The position numbers were made by a program, and so were the translations under genes. Under the pieces are notes generated by a model. It was given only the letters and a program-made list of their open reading frames with translations, did no database searches and was not told the origin of the DNA. Positions 44,684-55,885 of a DNA stretch of 64,000 bases are shown piece by piece. Source of the stretch: a virus; IMG/VR virus record IMGVR_UViG_3300014202_000270; one strand, written 5' to 3'. How positions within the stretch are numbered: the stretch's first letter is position 1; each line of letters begins with the position of its first letter.

Positions 44684-45046
44684 ATGGCCATAGTTAATCA
44701 AGTTCAAAAAAGAACTAGATTAAATTTGGCTGACATCATTAAGTATCAGTTTTGGCACCATTGCTTAGTTAATGGTATAAAAATTACTGAGACTGAGATT
44801 GATTGTTTATCACATCTTGCAGTTTTGGGGGAGTTTGAGTTGATCCCGTTTTGTGACCATATTGTCAATCACGAGATTCTCTCAAACCCCCAATCTGTAA
44901 GAAACCTGGTGGTAAAACTGCAGACAAAGAATCTAGTTCTTAAACGTAAGAAGTCTAGGACTATTTACGTGAATCCTGAAATAAAGGTTGTTATACAACA
45001 TCCTGTGTTTTTAGACATCAAAATGTTATCTAATGACCCCTCATAA
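44684..45046 (+). CDS. Hypothetical protein, possible winged helix
   Basis: NPQSVRNLVVKLQTKNLVLK. Confidence 0.5.
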   Translation: MAIVNQVQKRTRLNLADIIKYQFWHHCLVNGIKITETEIDCLSHLAVLGEFELIPFCDHIVNHEILSNPQSVRNLVVKLQTKNLVLKRKKSRTIYVNPEIKVVIQHPVFLDIKMLSNDPS

Positions 45047-45431
45047 GATTAAGTCATTTATACCAGAGATAGCTGCTGATATGGGTGTATCAGAAGCAGA
45101 TCTTACAAGAATAGTAGACTTTTACTATAAAGAGTTGCGTCAAGCTCTAACTGGTCTTAAGTACAAACAGATTATTGTAGAAGGTCTTGGTAAGTTTAAC
45201 TTAAAAGAAAACGCTGTAAGGAAGAAGATAGATACTCATAAGAACATCATTGAGCATTCCCGGCGTGATACCATGCAAAACTACAAGCTTGTAAAAATTT
45301 GTGAAGAAGAACTAGTAGATCTTGAGCGTGCTCTACAGCAGGTTATAGAAGATAAACAACGCATGAAAGCTTTTTACGATGAAAAAAACAGATATATTAA
45401 AGATTTGGAAGAACAAAAAAAAGATTCTTGA
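45033..45431 (+). CDS. HU/IHF-like DNA-binding protein
   Basis: IAADMGVSEADL..IVDFYY...IIVEGLGKFNL; an IHF-like gene is typical of crAss-like head modules. Confidence 0.65.
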   Translation: MTPHKIKSFIPEIAADMGVSEADLTRIVDFYYKELRQALTGLKYKQIIVEGLGKFNLKENAVRKKIDTHKNIIEHSRRDTMQNYKLVKICEEELVDLERALQQVIEDKQRMKAFYDEKNRYIKDLEEQKKDS

Positions 45432-45699
45432 GGGTATTAAGAACTCTATTATTACCAAAGAATCTATTGAGCAAGTAGCTGATGTACGCATGGCTATTTG
45501 TAACAAGTGTCCACACATTGATAATGCTGGGGCATCTTGTTTAATGCCCGGCACGCAACCTTGTTGTGGGTTATGTGGTTGTAATCTTAAATGGAAAACG
45601 CGTTCTTTGTCTAGTGCCTGCGATGATAATCGCTGGGATGCACTGACAGATGAAGAAACAGAAGAACAAGTTAAAAACGATCTTAATCTAGAATACTAA
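45379..45699 (+). CDS. Cys-rich hypothetical protein
   Basis: CNKCPH...C..C GLCGC..C. Confidence 0.6.
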   Translation: MKKTDILKIWKNKKKILEGIKNSIITKESIEQVADVRMAICNKCPHIDNAGASCLMPGTQPCCGLCGCNLKWKTRSLSSACDDNRWDALTDEETEEQVKNDLNLEY

Positions 45700-45920
45700 T
45701 GTCTTATCAAAAATGTCCTATTTGTAATGGTACAGGTTTATTTTCAAACCCTGTTTCATCAGATGTTATTTGCCCCACATGCAAAGGCACTCGCATAATC
45801 AGCGAGTTAAATGGTTTACCACCAATATATGTGGACTGTTTCAACTCAAACGACAACTCAATTAATCTTAATCATGGCAGTCAAATTTATCCCGGAGACA
45901 CACACCTACCTTTCGACTAA
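45699..45920 (+). CDS. Small zinc-finger protein
   Basis: CPICNGTG...CPTCKGT. Confidence 0.5.
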   Translation: MSYQKCPICNGTGLFSNPVSSDVICPTCKGTRIISELNGLPPIYVDCFNSNDNSINLNHGSQIYPGDTHLPFD

Positions 45921-46680
45921 TCAGAGTGAAAACATTCAATGGACTAGTGTAACATCAGTTATTAGCAAGTTCAAAGAGCCTTTTGATCCTGTATCTCAAG
46001 CAAAGAAGTCTTCTCAAAACAAGAGGTCTAAGTGGTATGGTATGGCGCCAGCCGAGATTCAACAGATTTGGAAAAATGAATCTGAGCGCGCGATGTCCAT
46101 GGGCACCTTCTACCACCAACAAAGAGAGAATGACCTATACGCATGTGAGAACATTACACTAGAGGGTAAACAACTACAGATTGTAAAGCCTATTGAGTTT
46201 GATGGTATCAAGCATGCACCTGATCAAAATCTTGTTGAGGGTATTTACCCAGAGCACTTTGTTTATCTTAAATCAGCAGGTATATGCGGCCAGGCTGATA
46301 GAATTGAGGTGGTTAACTCAAAGGTTAACATCATTGACTATAAGACAAACAAGGAGATTAAGCGCGAGGGTTTTAAAACCTGGGAGGGTGTAACTAAGAA
46401 GATGCAGAAACCTTTGGGTCATCTAGATGATTGTAACTTTAATCATTATGCATTACAGCTTAGTATTTACATGTATATTATCTTGAAGCATAATCCAAGA
46501 TACAAACCAGGTAACATGCAGATTCATCATATTGAGTTTGAACAGAAAGCTGAGGATAAGTATGGTAACCCAATTTATCATCAAGATGAGCGCGGAGACT
46601 TTATTGTCAAAAGAGTTAATGTAATAAATGTACCCTATTTGAAAAGAGAAGTTGTAGACATAATCAAACATCTATCATAA
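45874..46680 (+). CDS. PD-(D/E)XK nuclease
   Basis: WTSVTSVI, MGTFYH, ICGQADRI...IIDYKTN, YALQLSIY. Confidence 0.8.
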   Translation: MAVKFIPETHTYLSTNQSENIQWTSVTSVISKFKEPFDPVSQAKKSSQNKRSKWYGMAPAEIQQIWKNESERAMSMGTFYHQQRENDLYACENITLEGKQLQIVKPIEFDGIKHAPDQNLVEGIYPEHFVYLKSAGICGQADRIEVVNSKVNIIDYKTNKEIKREGFKTWEGVTKKMQKPLGHLDDCNFNHYALQLSIYMYIILKHNPRYKPGNMQIHHIEFEQKAEDKYGNPIYHQDERGDFIVKRVNVINVPYLKREVVDIIKHLS

Positions 46681-47319
46681 ATGGCTATTCTAAACGAAAA
46701 CATAGAACTGTTCAAATGTTATGTTAAAGCATCACATTTTACAAAAGATGATAAAGATTCTGATGACTATCATTTATGTTATGCATTTGCAATACAATCA
46801 GTAGCAGGAAAGATATTAACATTTCATGTTATGACTGAATATGGTATGCTCAGATCAAGAGTTCCTATATCAGAAATATATATGGATGAACCAACTAATG
46901 ATATCCCTTTTCATTTTAAACAGTTATGGGATTGTTTTAGCGAAAACGTATCAGTTATTACCTATGATTATCTGTATGAAAAGCGCTGTCAAGTCGTATT
47001 AAAAGATGGGTCTAAAGTATGGGCAACATATTTAATGACAGTAGATTGGTACAGAAATTCTTATTCTGATGAACCTTCTGATTATAAATGTGGACACATA
47101 TTAATTGCAGACGACGGTTATTTACTATGTCAACCAAACAATAGAATCTTCTGGAAAGATTCTAACTGGATAACAAAACCTTTTCCTATTGAGCCTTTAA
47201 AGCTTAAGGTAGATACAGATTTATTGTCTGTTGAAACCCAATCTGATAAATGGGTTTCAGAAAATGGAGATAGCTATTATTACGATATAAAACCTATTAA
47301 AGATGGTGAGAATATTTGA
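46681..47319 (+). CDS. Conserved hypothetical phage protein
   Basis: 212 aa; QLWDCFS, YLMTVDW, CQPNNRI. Confidence 0.65.
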   Translation: MAILNENIELFKCYVKASHFTKDDKDSDDYHLCYAFAIQSVAGKILTFHVMTEYGMLRSRVPISEIYMDEPTNDIPFHFKQLWDCFSENVSVITYDYLYEKRCQVVLKDGSKVWATYLMTVDWYRNSYSDEPSDYKCGHILIADDGYLLCQPNNRIFWKDSNWITKPFPIEPLKLKVDTDLLSVETQSDKWVSENGDSYYYDIKPIKDGENI

Positions 47320-47815
47320 TATTCAAAATGGTGCTGTGGTGCCTACTGAGCACTGTTACACTATGAAAAGTCTTAAGACTATTATGGAAGAATATCCTGA
47401 TAACCATCTTAAGATTTATCAGTACGTGTTTTACATGACCTGTATGAATCCGGATCTAAATCCTTTTTTTGATGTTCCAGATATTGATCGCGAAGAGCTT
47501 ATTCTTCAAGAAATAGATGCTGACTTTTCTACAGAGGATCCTTATATCATGCATGCATTAGATGTTGTTAAGAAACTGTATGAAACACCAACCTCGCGCG
47601 CGTACAAGGGAATCAAAACAATGCTTGATAGATTGGCGGATTACATGGAAAATACACCCATTGAGCATGGTAGAGATGGTAATATCAACTCTCTTGTTAA
47701 TGCTGCAGCTAAGTATCAACAGATTCGTGAAAGCTTTAAAGGTGCATACAGAGATCTTAAAGATGAACAACAATCCTCAGTTCGCGGGGGCCAAAACTTA
47801 GCATATGATCAGTAG
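47303..47815 (+). CDS. Putative terminase small subunit
   Basis: Helical 170-aa ORF overlapping terL; positional inference. Confidence 0.45.
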   Translation: MVRIFDIQNGAVVPTEHCYTMKSLKTIMEEYPDNHLKIYQYVFYMTCMNPDLNPFFDVPDIDREELILQEIDADFSTEDPYIMHALDVVKKLYETPTSRAYKGIKTMLDRLADYMENTPIEHGRDGNINSLVNAAAKYQQIRESFKGAYRDLKDEQQSSVRGGQNLAYDQ

Positions 47816-50009
47816 GAGTGGAGTAAAATACTATGAGCGTATACCAACGTGGCGTAACGGAAACTGGGAAGTTACAGAATTTGGTAATCGCGAAGAGTTT
47901 AAATCTTTTGTACTTGACCGGTTTAAAGAACCAGGTCAGTATGGCTTTAATGAAGACACTGCTATCTTTAAAGAACAGGCAACCATATTTAATGCACGCA
48001 ACTATTTTTGCCAGGCGCCTATTAAAAGCAAAGATTTTGTCAACTACTGGGATGATCAGAAAGTTAAAAACAGAAATGGTATAATCGTTATTTCTGGTGA
48101 TAGGACATGGTATGTATGCCGTGATTACTACATGTGGCTCAATTTCTTACCTATTTACGATAAGGAAGAGAGCTTGTTTGGTTTTGCAAAAGTTCGCGAT
48201 GCTCAGTATCATATGGCCCTTTATGAGTTACTAGCAGAGCTTCATTATAAACACAGCGCCATTCTTAAGAAACGTCAGATTGCTAGTTCATACTTTCACT
48301 CAGCAAAATTTATAAATCAGGTTTGGTTTGAAGAGGGTGTTACCTTAAAAATGGGTGCTAGTCTTAAAGATTACATCAATGAAAAAGGTACGTGGAAAAT
48401 GCTTGATGAATACGCTGCTTTCTTGAATGAGCATACTGCGTGGTATAGACCATTCAATCCTAGCAAGACATTAATGTGGCAACAGAAGATTGAGGTGCGT
48501 AAAGGCAATAGAAAAAGTGAGGTTGGTCTTAAAGGTACTATTCAAGGTATGTCATTTGAAAAAGATCCCACAAATGGTGTAGGTGGTCCATGTAAATACT
48601 TCTTTCATGAAGAAGCCGGTATTGCGCCAAAGATGAATGATACTTTTGAGTATATAAGACCTGCACTAAAATCTGGTTTTATAACTAGTGGTATGTTTAT
48701 AGCAGCAGGATCTGTAGGTGATCTTGATCAATGCGAACCTCTCAAAGAGATGATTCTAAAACCAGAGGTAAATGATATTTACGCGGTGGAATCAAACTTG
48801 ATTGACAAAGACGGCACCCATGGAAAATCTGGATTATTCATACCAGAGCAGTGGTCAATGCCACCCTTTATCGACAATTATGGCAATTCAAAAGTGGAAG
48901 AAGCCCTTGTAGCATTAGAAGAACAGTTTGCTACATGGAAGAAAGAGTTGCCTGCAGATAAGTATCAATTGCGTATATCACAGCATCCTAGAAATATAGA
49001 AGAGGCTTTCGCATTTAGAAAAGAGTCAAAGTTTCCACAACATCTTGTTAATGCACAAATTAGACGTATTTTGGATAAAGAAATTTCTATTGAATATGTT
49101 AATTTAATTCGTGATGAACATGATAAAGTTGTTATTAAAGAAACTCGTAAGCTCCCTATTAATGAATTTCCAGTCCCTAAAAATGCGGTTGATAAAGAAG
49201 GTGTTGTTGTTATATACGAGCGCCCTGTTAAGGATCCGTCTTTTGGTATGTACTACGCGTCTATTGACCCTGTGGGAGAGGGAAAAACTACAACGTCAGA
49301 TTCGTTGTGTTCGATATATGTGTATAAAGCTCCAACGGAAGTTACAAAGATTGAAGCTGATAGCGTAAATAGTTATGTAGAGGGAGACAAAATTGTTGCA
49401 TCCTGGTGTGGTCGGTTTGATGATATTAAGCAAACTCATGAGCGCCTGGAAAACATAATTGAATTGTATAATGCCTGGACTCTTGTAGAGAATAACGTTA
49501 GTTTGTTTATTCAATACATGATGATGAAGCGTAAGCAAAAGTATTTGGTGCCAAAAGATCAGATACTTTTCTTGAAAGAAATTACTTCTAACAAAGCTGT
49601 GTATGCAGATTATGGTTGGAAGAACACAGGCACCTTGTTTAAAAGCCATCTTCTATCTTATGCTATTGAGTATCTGCAAGAAAAACTAGATGAGGAGATA
49701 GATGAAGATGGTAAAATTGTACGTACAAAATTTGGTGTTGAACGTATACCTGATATAATGCTGTTGCGCGAAATGCAGGCTTATCAAGATGGTCTTAACG
49801 TGGATAGATTAGTTGCTTTTTCTGCTCTGGTAGCATTTGCTAAAATTCAGCAAACAAACAGGGGATATGTAAAGCGTGTAATTAGAGATGACGGTAAATT
49901 GGAAAAATCAGATAAATTGAGTAAATTTAATAATAGTCCGTTTAGACACATGGGTAAATCTGTATTACCAGTAGGTATGAAGAGGAGTCCATTTAAAAAC
50001 TTTAAATAA
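47805..50009 (+). CDS. terL: Terminase large subunit
   Basis: LKKRQIASSY Walker A variant, FFHEEAG Walker B, YASIDPV, MDRLVAF nuclease motifs. Confidence 0.92.
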   Translation: MISRSGVKYYERIPTWRNGNWEVTEFGNREEFKSFVLDRFKEPGQYGFNEDTAIFKEQATIFNARNYFCQAPIKSKDFVNYWDDQKVKNRNGIIVISGDRTWYVCRDYYMWLNFLPIYDKEESLFGFAKVRDAQYHMALYELLAELHYKHSAILKKRQIASSYFHSAKFINQVWFEEGVTLKMGASLKDYINEKGTWKMLDEYAAFLNEHTAWYRPFNPSKTLMWQQKIEVRKGNRKSEVGLKGTIQGMSFEKDPTNGVGGPCKYFFHEEAGIAPKMNDTFEYIRPALKSGFITSGMFIAAGSVGDLDQCEPLKEMILKPEVNDIYAVESNLIDKDGTHGKSGLFIPEQWSMPPFIDNYGNSKVEEALVALEEQFATWKKELPADKYQLRISQHPRNIEEAFAFRKESKFPQHLVNAQIRRILDKEISIEYVNLIRDEHDKVVIKETRKLPINEFPVPKNAVDKEGVVVIYERPVKDPSFGMYYASIDPVGEGKTTTSDSLCSIYVYKAPTEVTKIEADSVNSYVEGDKIVASWCGRFDDIKQTHERLENIIELYNAWTLVENNVSLFIQYMMMKRKQKYLVPKDQILFLKEITSNKAVYADYGWKNTGTLFKSHLLSYAIEYLQEKLDEEIDEDGKIVRTKFGVERIPDIMLLREMQAYQDGLNVDRLVAFSALVAFAKIQQTNRGYVKRVIRDDGKLEKSDKLSKFNNSPFRHMGKSVLPVGMKRSPFKNFK

Positions 50010-50010
50010 G

Positions 50011-52785
50011 ATGCAAATATATAATGCATTACAGCTCAAGAAAGGAGCAAAGGCAGATTACAACAGGTTGGGTAGTGTTACCCAACCTTTACAATTTATT
50101 CCTGACAAAGAAAAGACTGATGAGTGGGCAGCTTGGAATGTTGACTGGTTAGAGTGGAATGGTATAAAGCAGCTGCGTCGTAATGCGCGGCGCCTTATGA
50201 AGAACTACAAACTAGCAAAGGGTATCATTGATAAGACAGATTACATTGTTAGTGAAAACAATGAGATGTCAGATCTTGTTGAAACTCTTACACAAGAAGA
50301 CTATAGTGCACTAGAGCTTAAGTTCTACCCTATTATCCCAAATGTGATTAACGTTCTTGTATCTGAATTTGCTAAAAGAAATACTAAGATCGCTTTTAAA
50401 GCCATTGACGAATATTCATACAATGAGCTTCTTGAACAAAAGAAGTCAATGGTTGAAGAGTTTCTTTTAACTGATGCTCAAACTAAGATTACAAATAAGT
50501 TGCTCGAAATGGGCATAGATATTGAATCTGAAGAAGGTCAACAAGAATTATCACCCGAAAAGCTAAGGAGTTTACCAGAAATTGAAGATTACTTTAGAAC
50601 TAACTATAAGTCACAAGCAGAGCAGTGGGCTACGCACCTTATGCAGCATGACATGGAGCGTTTCAAAATTGAAGAGTTAGAGGAACGTGCTTTTCGTGAT
50701 ATGTTAATTACAGATAGAGAGTTCTGGCATTTTCATATGATGGAGGATGACTATGATGTAGAACTCTGGAATCCCGTTTTAACTTTCTATCATAAGTCAC
50801 CTGATATTCGTTATATCTCCCAGGGTAACTATGTTGGTAAAACAGATATGATGTCTGTATCAGATGTCATTGATAAATATGGTTATTTGATGACTGAAGA
50901 TGAACTTAAGTCATTAGAAGCTATTTACCCGGTGCGATCTGCAGGTTATCCTATTCAAGGATATCAAAATGACGGTACCTACTATGATGCTACCAAATCT
51001 CATGAGTGGAATACTAGCATGCCAAGTCTTGCATATCGTCAGTTTACATCTGTATATGACAACTGGATTTATAATGGTGGTGATATTGTAAACTGGATTC
51101 TTTCTGAGAGCGAGGATTACTTAGATGTCGGCGTGGCCCACTTACTAAGAGTAACAACTGTATATTGGAAGTCACAAAGACGCGTAGGTCATCTAACTAA
51201 AGTTGATGAACTAGGAAATGTAGAAACAGCTATTATTGGGGAAGATTATATTGTTACAGATAAGCCTGTATACGATACCACTCTTTTTAAGAACAAAAAC
51301 AAAGAAAATTTAATTTTTGGTGAGCACATAGACTGGATCTGGATTAATGATGTTTGGGGTGGCGTAAAGATTGGTCCTAATCACCCTTCTTTCTGGGGAA
51401 TGAATAACCCCGGTGGTATTAATCCTATTTACTTAGGTGTACAAAAGAATCGTCCAGGAAGACTACGCTACCAAATGAAAGGTGATACTACCCTGTATGG
51501 TTGCAAGTTACCTGTTGAGGGTTCTGTTTTCTCAGATCGTAATACTAGATCAACCTCGCTAGTTGATTTGATGAAACCTTTCCAAATTGGTTATAACATT
51601 GTTAATAACCAGATTGCTGATATTCTTGTTGACGAGCTTGGTACCGTAATTCTACTCGATCAAAATACTTTACCTCGCCACTCTGCAGGTGAAGATTGGG
51701 GTAGGAATAATCTAGCCAAGGCATATGTAGCAATGAAGAACTTTCAGATGCTACCTTTAGACACAAGTATTACTAATACTGAGAATGCGTTAAACTTTAA
51801 TCATTTCCAAAAACTAGATCTTTCTCAAACAGAAAGACTAATGTCTAGGATCCAGCTTGCTAATTACTTTAAGATGCAAGCCTTTGAAGTGGTTGGTGTA
51901 ACACCACAACGTATGGGTCAACAGATTGGTCAACAAACAGCTACTGCTATTGAGCAAGCTGTTGTTGGTTCATATGCTCAAACAGAACAATACTTTATAC
52001 AACACTGTGACTATCTAATGCCTCGCGTGCATCAAATGCGTACTGACATTGCACAATACTATTATTCTACTAAACCTTCATCTCGTTTACAATACATCTC
52101 TTCTAAAGACGAGATTGTTAACTTCCAGATGAATGGCACTGATCTGTTGTTAAGAGACATTGGTGTATATGCTACAACCAAAGCTAATCATAGAGCTATC
52201 TTAGATCAGATTAAACAACTAGCTGTTCAAAACAATACTGCCGGCGCAAGCATATATGATCTTGGTCAAATTATTGAGGCTGAATCTATGGCAGATGTTT
52301 CTGGTGTTCTTAAGAAGATTGAGGAGAAAACTACTGCTCAACGTCAAGAACAGTATCAACAAGAACAGCAACTTGCCCAACAAGCACAACAGGCTAAACA
52401 ACAAGAAGAGCAGATGAAACAACAATATGAGGCTGCAGAGAAAGAGAAAGATCGTCAAAAAGATATTCTTGTTGCTGAGATTAGAGCTGCCGGCTATGGT
52501 TCTATGATGGACATTAATAAAAACGAGCAATCTGATTATCAAGATGCTATGAAAGATATCAGAGAAACAGAACAGTATCAAGAGCAAACCAATCTTCAAA
52601 GAGAAAAAGAAACTAATAGAAAGCTTACAGAGGCTGAAAAACTAACTCTTCAAAGAGAAAAGTTACAAGTTGAACGAGAAAAAATAAATGCCCAGGTACA
52701 AATTGCTCGTGAAAACAAGAATCAGTATGACTTAAAGAGCATTAAAAAAGAGAAAGAAACAGAATCAAACAAGAAGAAAAAATAG
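50011..52785 (+). CDS. Portal protein (crAss-like)
   Basis: 924 aa after terL; FYPIIPNVINVL, SLVDLMKPFQ..YNIV, VTPQRMG; Gln-rich coiled-coil tail. Confidence 0.85.
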   Translation: MQIYNALQLKKGAKADYNRLGSVTQPLQFIPDKEKTDEWAAWNVDWLEWNGIKQLRRNARRLMKNYKLAKGIIDKTDYIVSENNEMSDLVETLTQEDYSALELKFYPIIPNVINVLVSEFAKRNTKIAFKAIDEYSYNELLEQKKSMVEEFLLTDAQTKITNKLLEMGIDIESEEGQQELSPEKLRSLPEIEDYFRTNYKSQAEQWATHLMQHDMERFKIEELEERAFRDMLITDREFWHFHMMEDDYDVELWNPVLTFYHKSPDIRYISQGNYVGKTDMMSVSDVIDKYGYLMTEDELKSLEAIYPVRSAGYPIQGYQNDGTYYDATKSHEWNTSMPSLAYRQFTSVYDNWIYNGGDIVNWILSESEDYLDVGVAHLLRVTTVYWKSQRRVGHLTKVDELGNVETAIIGEDYIVTDKPVYDTTLFKNKNKENLIFGEHIDWIWINDVWGGVKIGPNHPSFWGMNNPGGINPIYLGVQKNRPGRLRYQMKGDTTLYGCKLPVEGSVFSDRNTRSTSLVDLMKPFQIGYNIVNNQIADILVDELGTVILLDQNTLPRHSAGEDWGRNNLAKAYVAMKNFQMLPLDTSITNTENALNFNHFQKLDLSQTERLMSRIQLANYFKMQAFEVVGVTPQRMGQQIGQQTATAIEQAVVGSYAQTEQYFIQHCDYLMPRVHQMRTDIAQYYYSTKPSSRLQYISSKDEIVNFQMNGTDLLLRDIGVYATTKANHRAILDQIKQLAVQNNTAGASIYDLGQIIEAESMADVSGVLKKIEEKTTAQRQEQYQQEQQLAQQAQQAKQQEEQMKQQYEAAEKEKDRQKDILVAEIRAAGYGSMMDINKNEQSDYQDAMKDIRETEQYQEQTNLQREKETNRKLTEAEKLTLQREKLQVEREKINAQVQIARENKNQYDLKSIKKEKETESNKKKK

Positions 52786-52893
52786 TGCGTGCTATATAAT
52801 AAACTATTTTTCCTGATTACAACCTTAACTGTTTCAACTTTTTAAAGTTTATATAATAAATTTGTATATATTAATACCATAAACCAACAAACA

Positions 52894-54156
52894 ATGGCAG
52901 AAAATAAAAATGAAGAGGTAACGCAGGTTACACAAGCAGACATCAATATTGATGAATTGTTTGCTCTTCCCGGCGCCGAGAACATTATAGTTCAAGGTGA
53001 AGAGGAAGATGAAAAAAAACCTACTATCTTTTCGTCTACAGGTGTAGACACTTCGTTCCTTGACAATAAACCGCAACCAGCAAAACCTGCTGCAAAGGTT
53101 GAAACTTCAAATGATGATGATGAACCATTAAGTACTGAAGATGCTGAAGAAGCATTAAATGAACTTGATAGTTTAATCTCTCAACAAGAGGATACAACAG
53201 GTCGTGGTCGTAAAAAAGTTGATAAGAGTGGTCTCTTAGAACTTGCATCAAAAATGATTGAAGAAGGTGTTCTTTTTCCATTTGATGACGACAAGCCGTT
53301 AGAAGATTATTCTGCAAAAGATTTTCGTGAGCTTTTTGAAGCTAACATGAAAGAAAAAGAAGCAGAACTTTCACAAAAAATTCCTCAGCAGATTTTTCAA
53401 TCTATGCCTGGAGAAATGCAATACCTTATGGATTATATATCCAAAGGTGGAACAGATCTTAAAGGTATGATGCAACAACTGTCTCAAGTTAATGAGGCAA
53501 TGGAACTTGATCCTTCTGATCCTACAGATCAAGAAGTAATTGTTCGTCAATATTTATCTCTAAAAGGTGACATGTCACAAGAAGAGATTGAAGATGAGAT
53601 TGCAACATTTAAGGACATGGATCGTCTTGAGCAAAAAGCTAGTCAGTATAAACCTAAACTAGAAGCTGTTCGAGAAAAAGAAGTTGCCCGTCGCATTGCA
53701 GAGCAGGAAAAACAAAAAGAACAACAACAAGCTATCGCAGGTCAATTTGTAGATAGTGTATATGGAGTTCTTGAAAAAGGTGAACTTGGTGGTGTAAAGC
53801 TTGATCGTAAGACTCAAAATATGCTTTATACTGGATTAGTACAACCAGGATATCCATCTATTAGTGGTAAACCAACTAACTTGTTGGGGCACCTTTTAGA
53901 AAAGTATCAGTGGGTTGAACCTAATCATGAGTTAATTGCTGAAGCTCTATGGTTGTTAGCAGATCCTGAAGGATTTAAAACTAAAATTAAATCTCAAGGT
54001 AATCGCGTCGCAACTGAGCAAACTGTGCGCTCCTTAAAAACAGAACAAGCTCGTAGAGTAGGTTCTGCAGTAGTAGAGCGTGAAAGTGATACAGAAACTA
54101 ACAAATCCAGAAAAACTTTACAACGATCAAACAAAAATATTTTTCAACGTTTTTAA
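52894..54156 (+). CDS. Putative scaffolding/head assembly protein
   Basis: Acidic, coiled-coil, between portal and MCP. Confidence 0.6.
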   Translation: MAENKNEEVTQVTQADINIDELFALPGAENIIVQGEEEDEKKPTIFSSTGVDTSFLDNKPQPAKPAAKVETSNDDDEPLSTEDAEEALNELDSLISQQEDTTGRGRKKVDKSGLLELASKMIEEGVLFPFDDDKPLEDYSAKDFRELFEANMKEKEAELSQKIPQQIFQSMPGEMQYLMDYISKGGTDLKGMMQQLSQVNEAMELDPSDPTDQEVIVRQYLSLKGDMSQEEIEDEIATFKDMDRLEQKASQYKPKLEAVREKEVARRIAEQEKQKEQQQAIAGQFVDSVYGVLEKGELGGVKLDRKTQNMLYTGLVQPGYPSISGKPTNLLGHLLEKYQWVEPNHELIAEALWLLADPEGFKTKIKSQGNRVATEQTVRSLKTEQARRVGSAVVERESDTETNKSRKTLQRSNKNIFQRF

Positions 54157-54198
54157 CTTTTGACTTTTAACAATTAACCCTTAATCAAACAACAAAAC

Positions 54199-55815
54199 AT
54201 GGCAACTCCAGTTTTAAATAATGGTATATTCCTACGAGATACCAAGTATGCTGCCAGTTCTCACGTGGATTCTTACCACTTAGTGAACATGTTGAAAGAT
54301 GCAGAACCTATGGATATGGGCCCCGTTGACCTTTGGGCAATGGCTCAGAAAGTAGAAATGCCTCTCTATCAAATGTCCTCTTTCGGCGGTAAGAATGTTA
54401 TCCAAGTTGATAACGCTCGCGGTGAGTACAAATGGCAAACCCCAGTAAGCCTTGAGCTTCCTTACATCATTGAAGATATTGAGCCTAACAACCTTACTAA
54501 AGGTATTGATGGTCAAACCTTCAAAATCAAATTAAACAAGCGTGAGTTTGGTCATGGTGATATCATCACTTATGACAAATATAATGGCGCTGAATTGTAC
54601 ATCACTGCTGATGACATCCTACCTATTGGTGATGGATTTATCTACACTGTGCAGTTGGTGAACAATGACAACTACCGGTTCTTGGACAACAAGTATCTTG
54701 CTAATGGTACCCGTGTATTCCGTAAAGGTTCTGCACGTGGAGAATATGGAGAGCGTTTCTCTGATATTCAAACCGGTGCTGGATACCGTGAGTTCTACAA
54801 CTACGTTGGTGGTGCTGAAGCTCACGTTCACTATAGCATTTCTTCTCGCGCTGATCTTATGATCAAAGGTGGCATGAATGCTGACGGTACAGTTCCTGTA
54901 ACTGAGATCTGGCGTAACTTTGATAAGCGCATGGATCCTTCTATCACGTCTCTAGAAGACATGGTAAAAGTTATGGGTAAAGATGCTGTTAAGCGTGCCA
55001 TGCAAAATGGAGATTTGTCTCGCACTTTCTTGACCACAATGGAAGCTGCTCACTTGACCAAAATTGCTACTGATATCGAAACCTACTTGATGTGGGGACA
55101 CGGTGGACGTATCAAACAAGATGGTCCAGATGATTTGCGTTTGTCTGTAGGTCTATGGAAGCAGCTTGATAACTCTTTCAAGCGTGTTTACAACAAAAAC
55201 AACTTCAACCTTGACTTGTTCCGCTCTGAGATTTTCAACTTCTTCAATGGTAAAGTTGAATTCAAAGGCCCAGATCCACAACGTTCACTAGTTGTACAAA
55301 CTGGTATGGGTGGTATGCGCATGGTCAATGAGGCTATCAAACAAGAAGCTATCAGCTCTGGTTTGGTGATTCAAGCTGCTGATATTGGTGCTATCACCGG
55401 TAAAGGTATGGACTTGAACTTTGGATTTGCATACACTAGCTATGTGATTCCTTTCTTGGCCAACGTGAAGTTTGTATTGAACCCTGCGTTTGATAACGTA
55501 TATACTAACGACATTGAAAACCCAATCATTGATGGTTATCCTTTGTCTTCTTATAGCTTCATCATCTTTGATATCACTGACAATGTTAACGACAACATCT
55601 TCTTGTTGAAGTTATCTTGGGATAATCAGTTGAAGTGGTTCTACCAAAACGGTACCATGGATTACATGGGACGTTCTCAAGGATTTGCAAGCTCTGGTCA
55701 ATTCAACGGTTACCGTGTGTATATGACTCAGACTATGCCTGCAATCTGGGTAAAAGACCCCACCAAAGTTTTGAAGATTGTTATGCGTAACCCAATCACT
55801 GGAGGCTCATTCTAA
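54199..55815 (+). CDS. Major capsid protein (crAss-like, HK97 fold)
   Basis: 538 aa; YKWQ, IKLNKREFGHGDII, GLWKQLDN, IWVKDPTKVLKI pattern recognised as crAss-type MCP. Confidence 0.85.
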   Translation: MATPVLNNGIFLRDTKYAASSHVDSYHLVNMLKDAEPMDMGPVDLWAMAQKVEMPLYQMSSFGGKNVIQVDNARGEYKWQTPVSLELPYIIEDIEPNNLTKGIDGQTFKIKLNKREFGHGDIITYDKYNGAELYITADDILPIGDGFIYTVQLVNNDNYRFLDNKYLANGTRVFRKGSARGEYGERFSDIQTGAGYREFYNYVGGAEAHVHYSISSRADLMIKGGMNADGTVPVTEIWRNFDKRMDPSITSLEDMVKVMGKDAVKRAMQNGDLSRTFLTTMEAAHLTKIATDIETYLMWGHGGRIKQDGPDDLRLSVGLWKQLDNSFKRVYNKNNFNLDLFRSEIFNFFNGKVEFKGPDPQRSLVVQTGMGGMRMVNEAIKQEAISSGLVIQAADIGAITGKGMDLNFGFAYTSYVIPFLANVKFVLNPAFDNVYTNDIENPIIDGYPLSSYSFIIFDITDNVNDNIFLLKLSWDNQLKWFYQNGTMDYMGRSQGFASSGQFNGYRVYMTQTMPAIWVKDPTKVLKIVMRNPITGGSF

Positions 55816-55835
55816 TCATAAACTTGAGTAACAAA

Positions 55836-55866
55836 TGGGGAGGAGTCAAATCCTCCCCATTTTTAC
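55836..55866 (+). terminator. Intrinsic terminator after the MCP gene
   Basis: tggggagga/tcctcccca stem plus T-tract. Confidence 0.8.
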
Positions 55867-55885
55867 TTACTAAAAAAATATAACA

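Noticed and set aside
47805-55815. Inteins or introns in TerL, portal or MCP
   Set aside because: No C/S...HN-C/S/T intein boundaries or LAGLIDADG motifs noticed; frames are uninterrupted and lengths plausible
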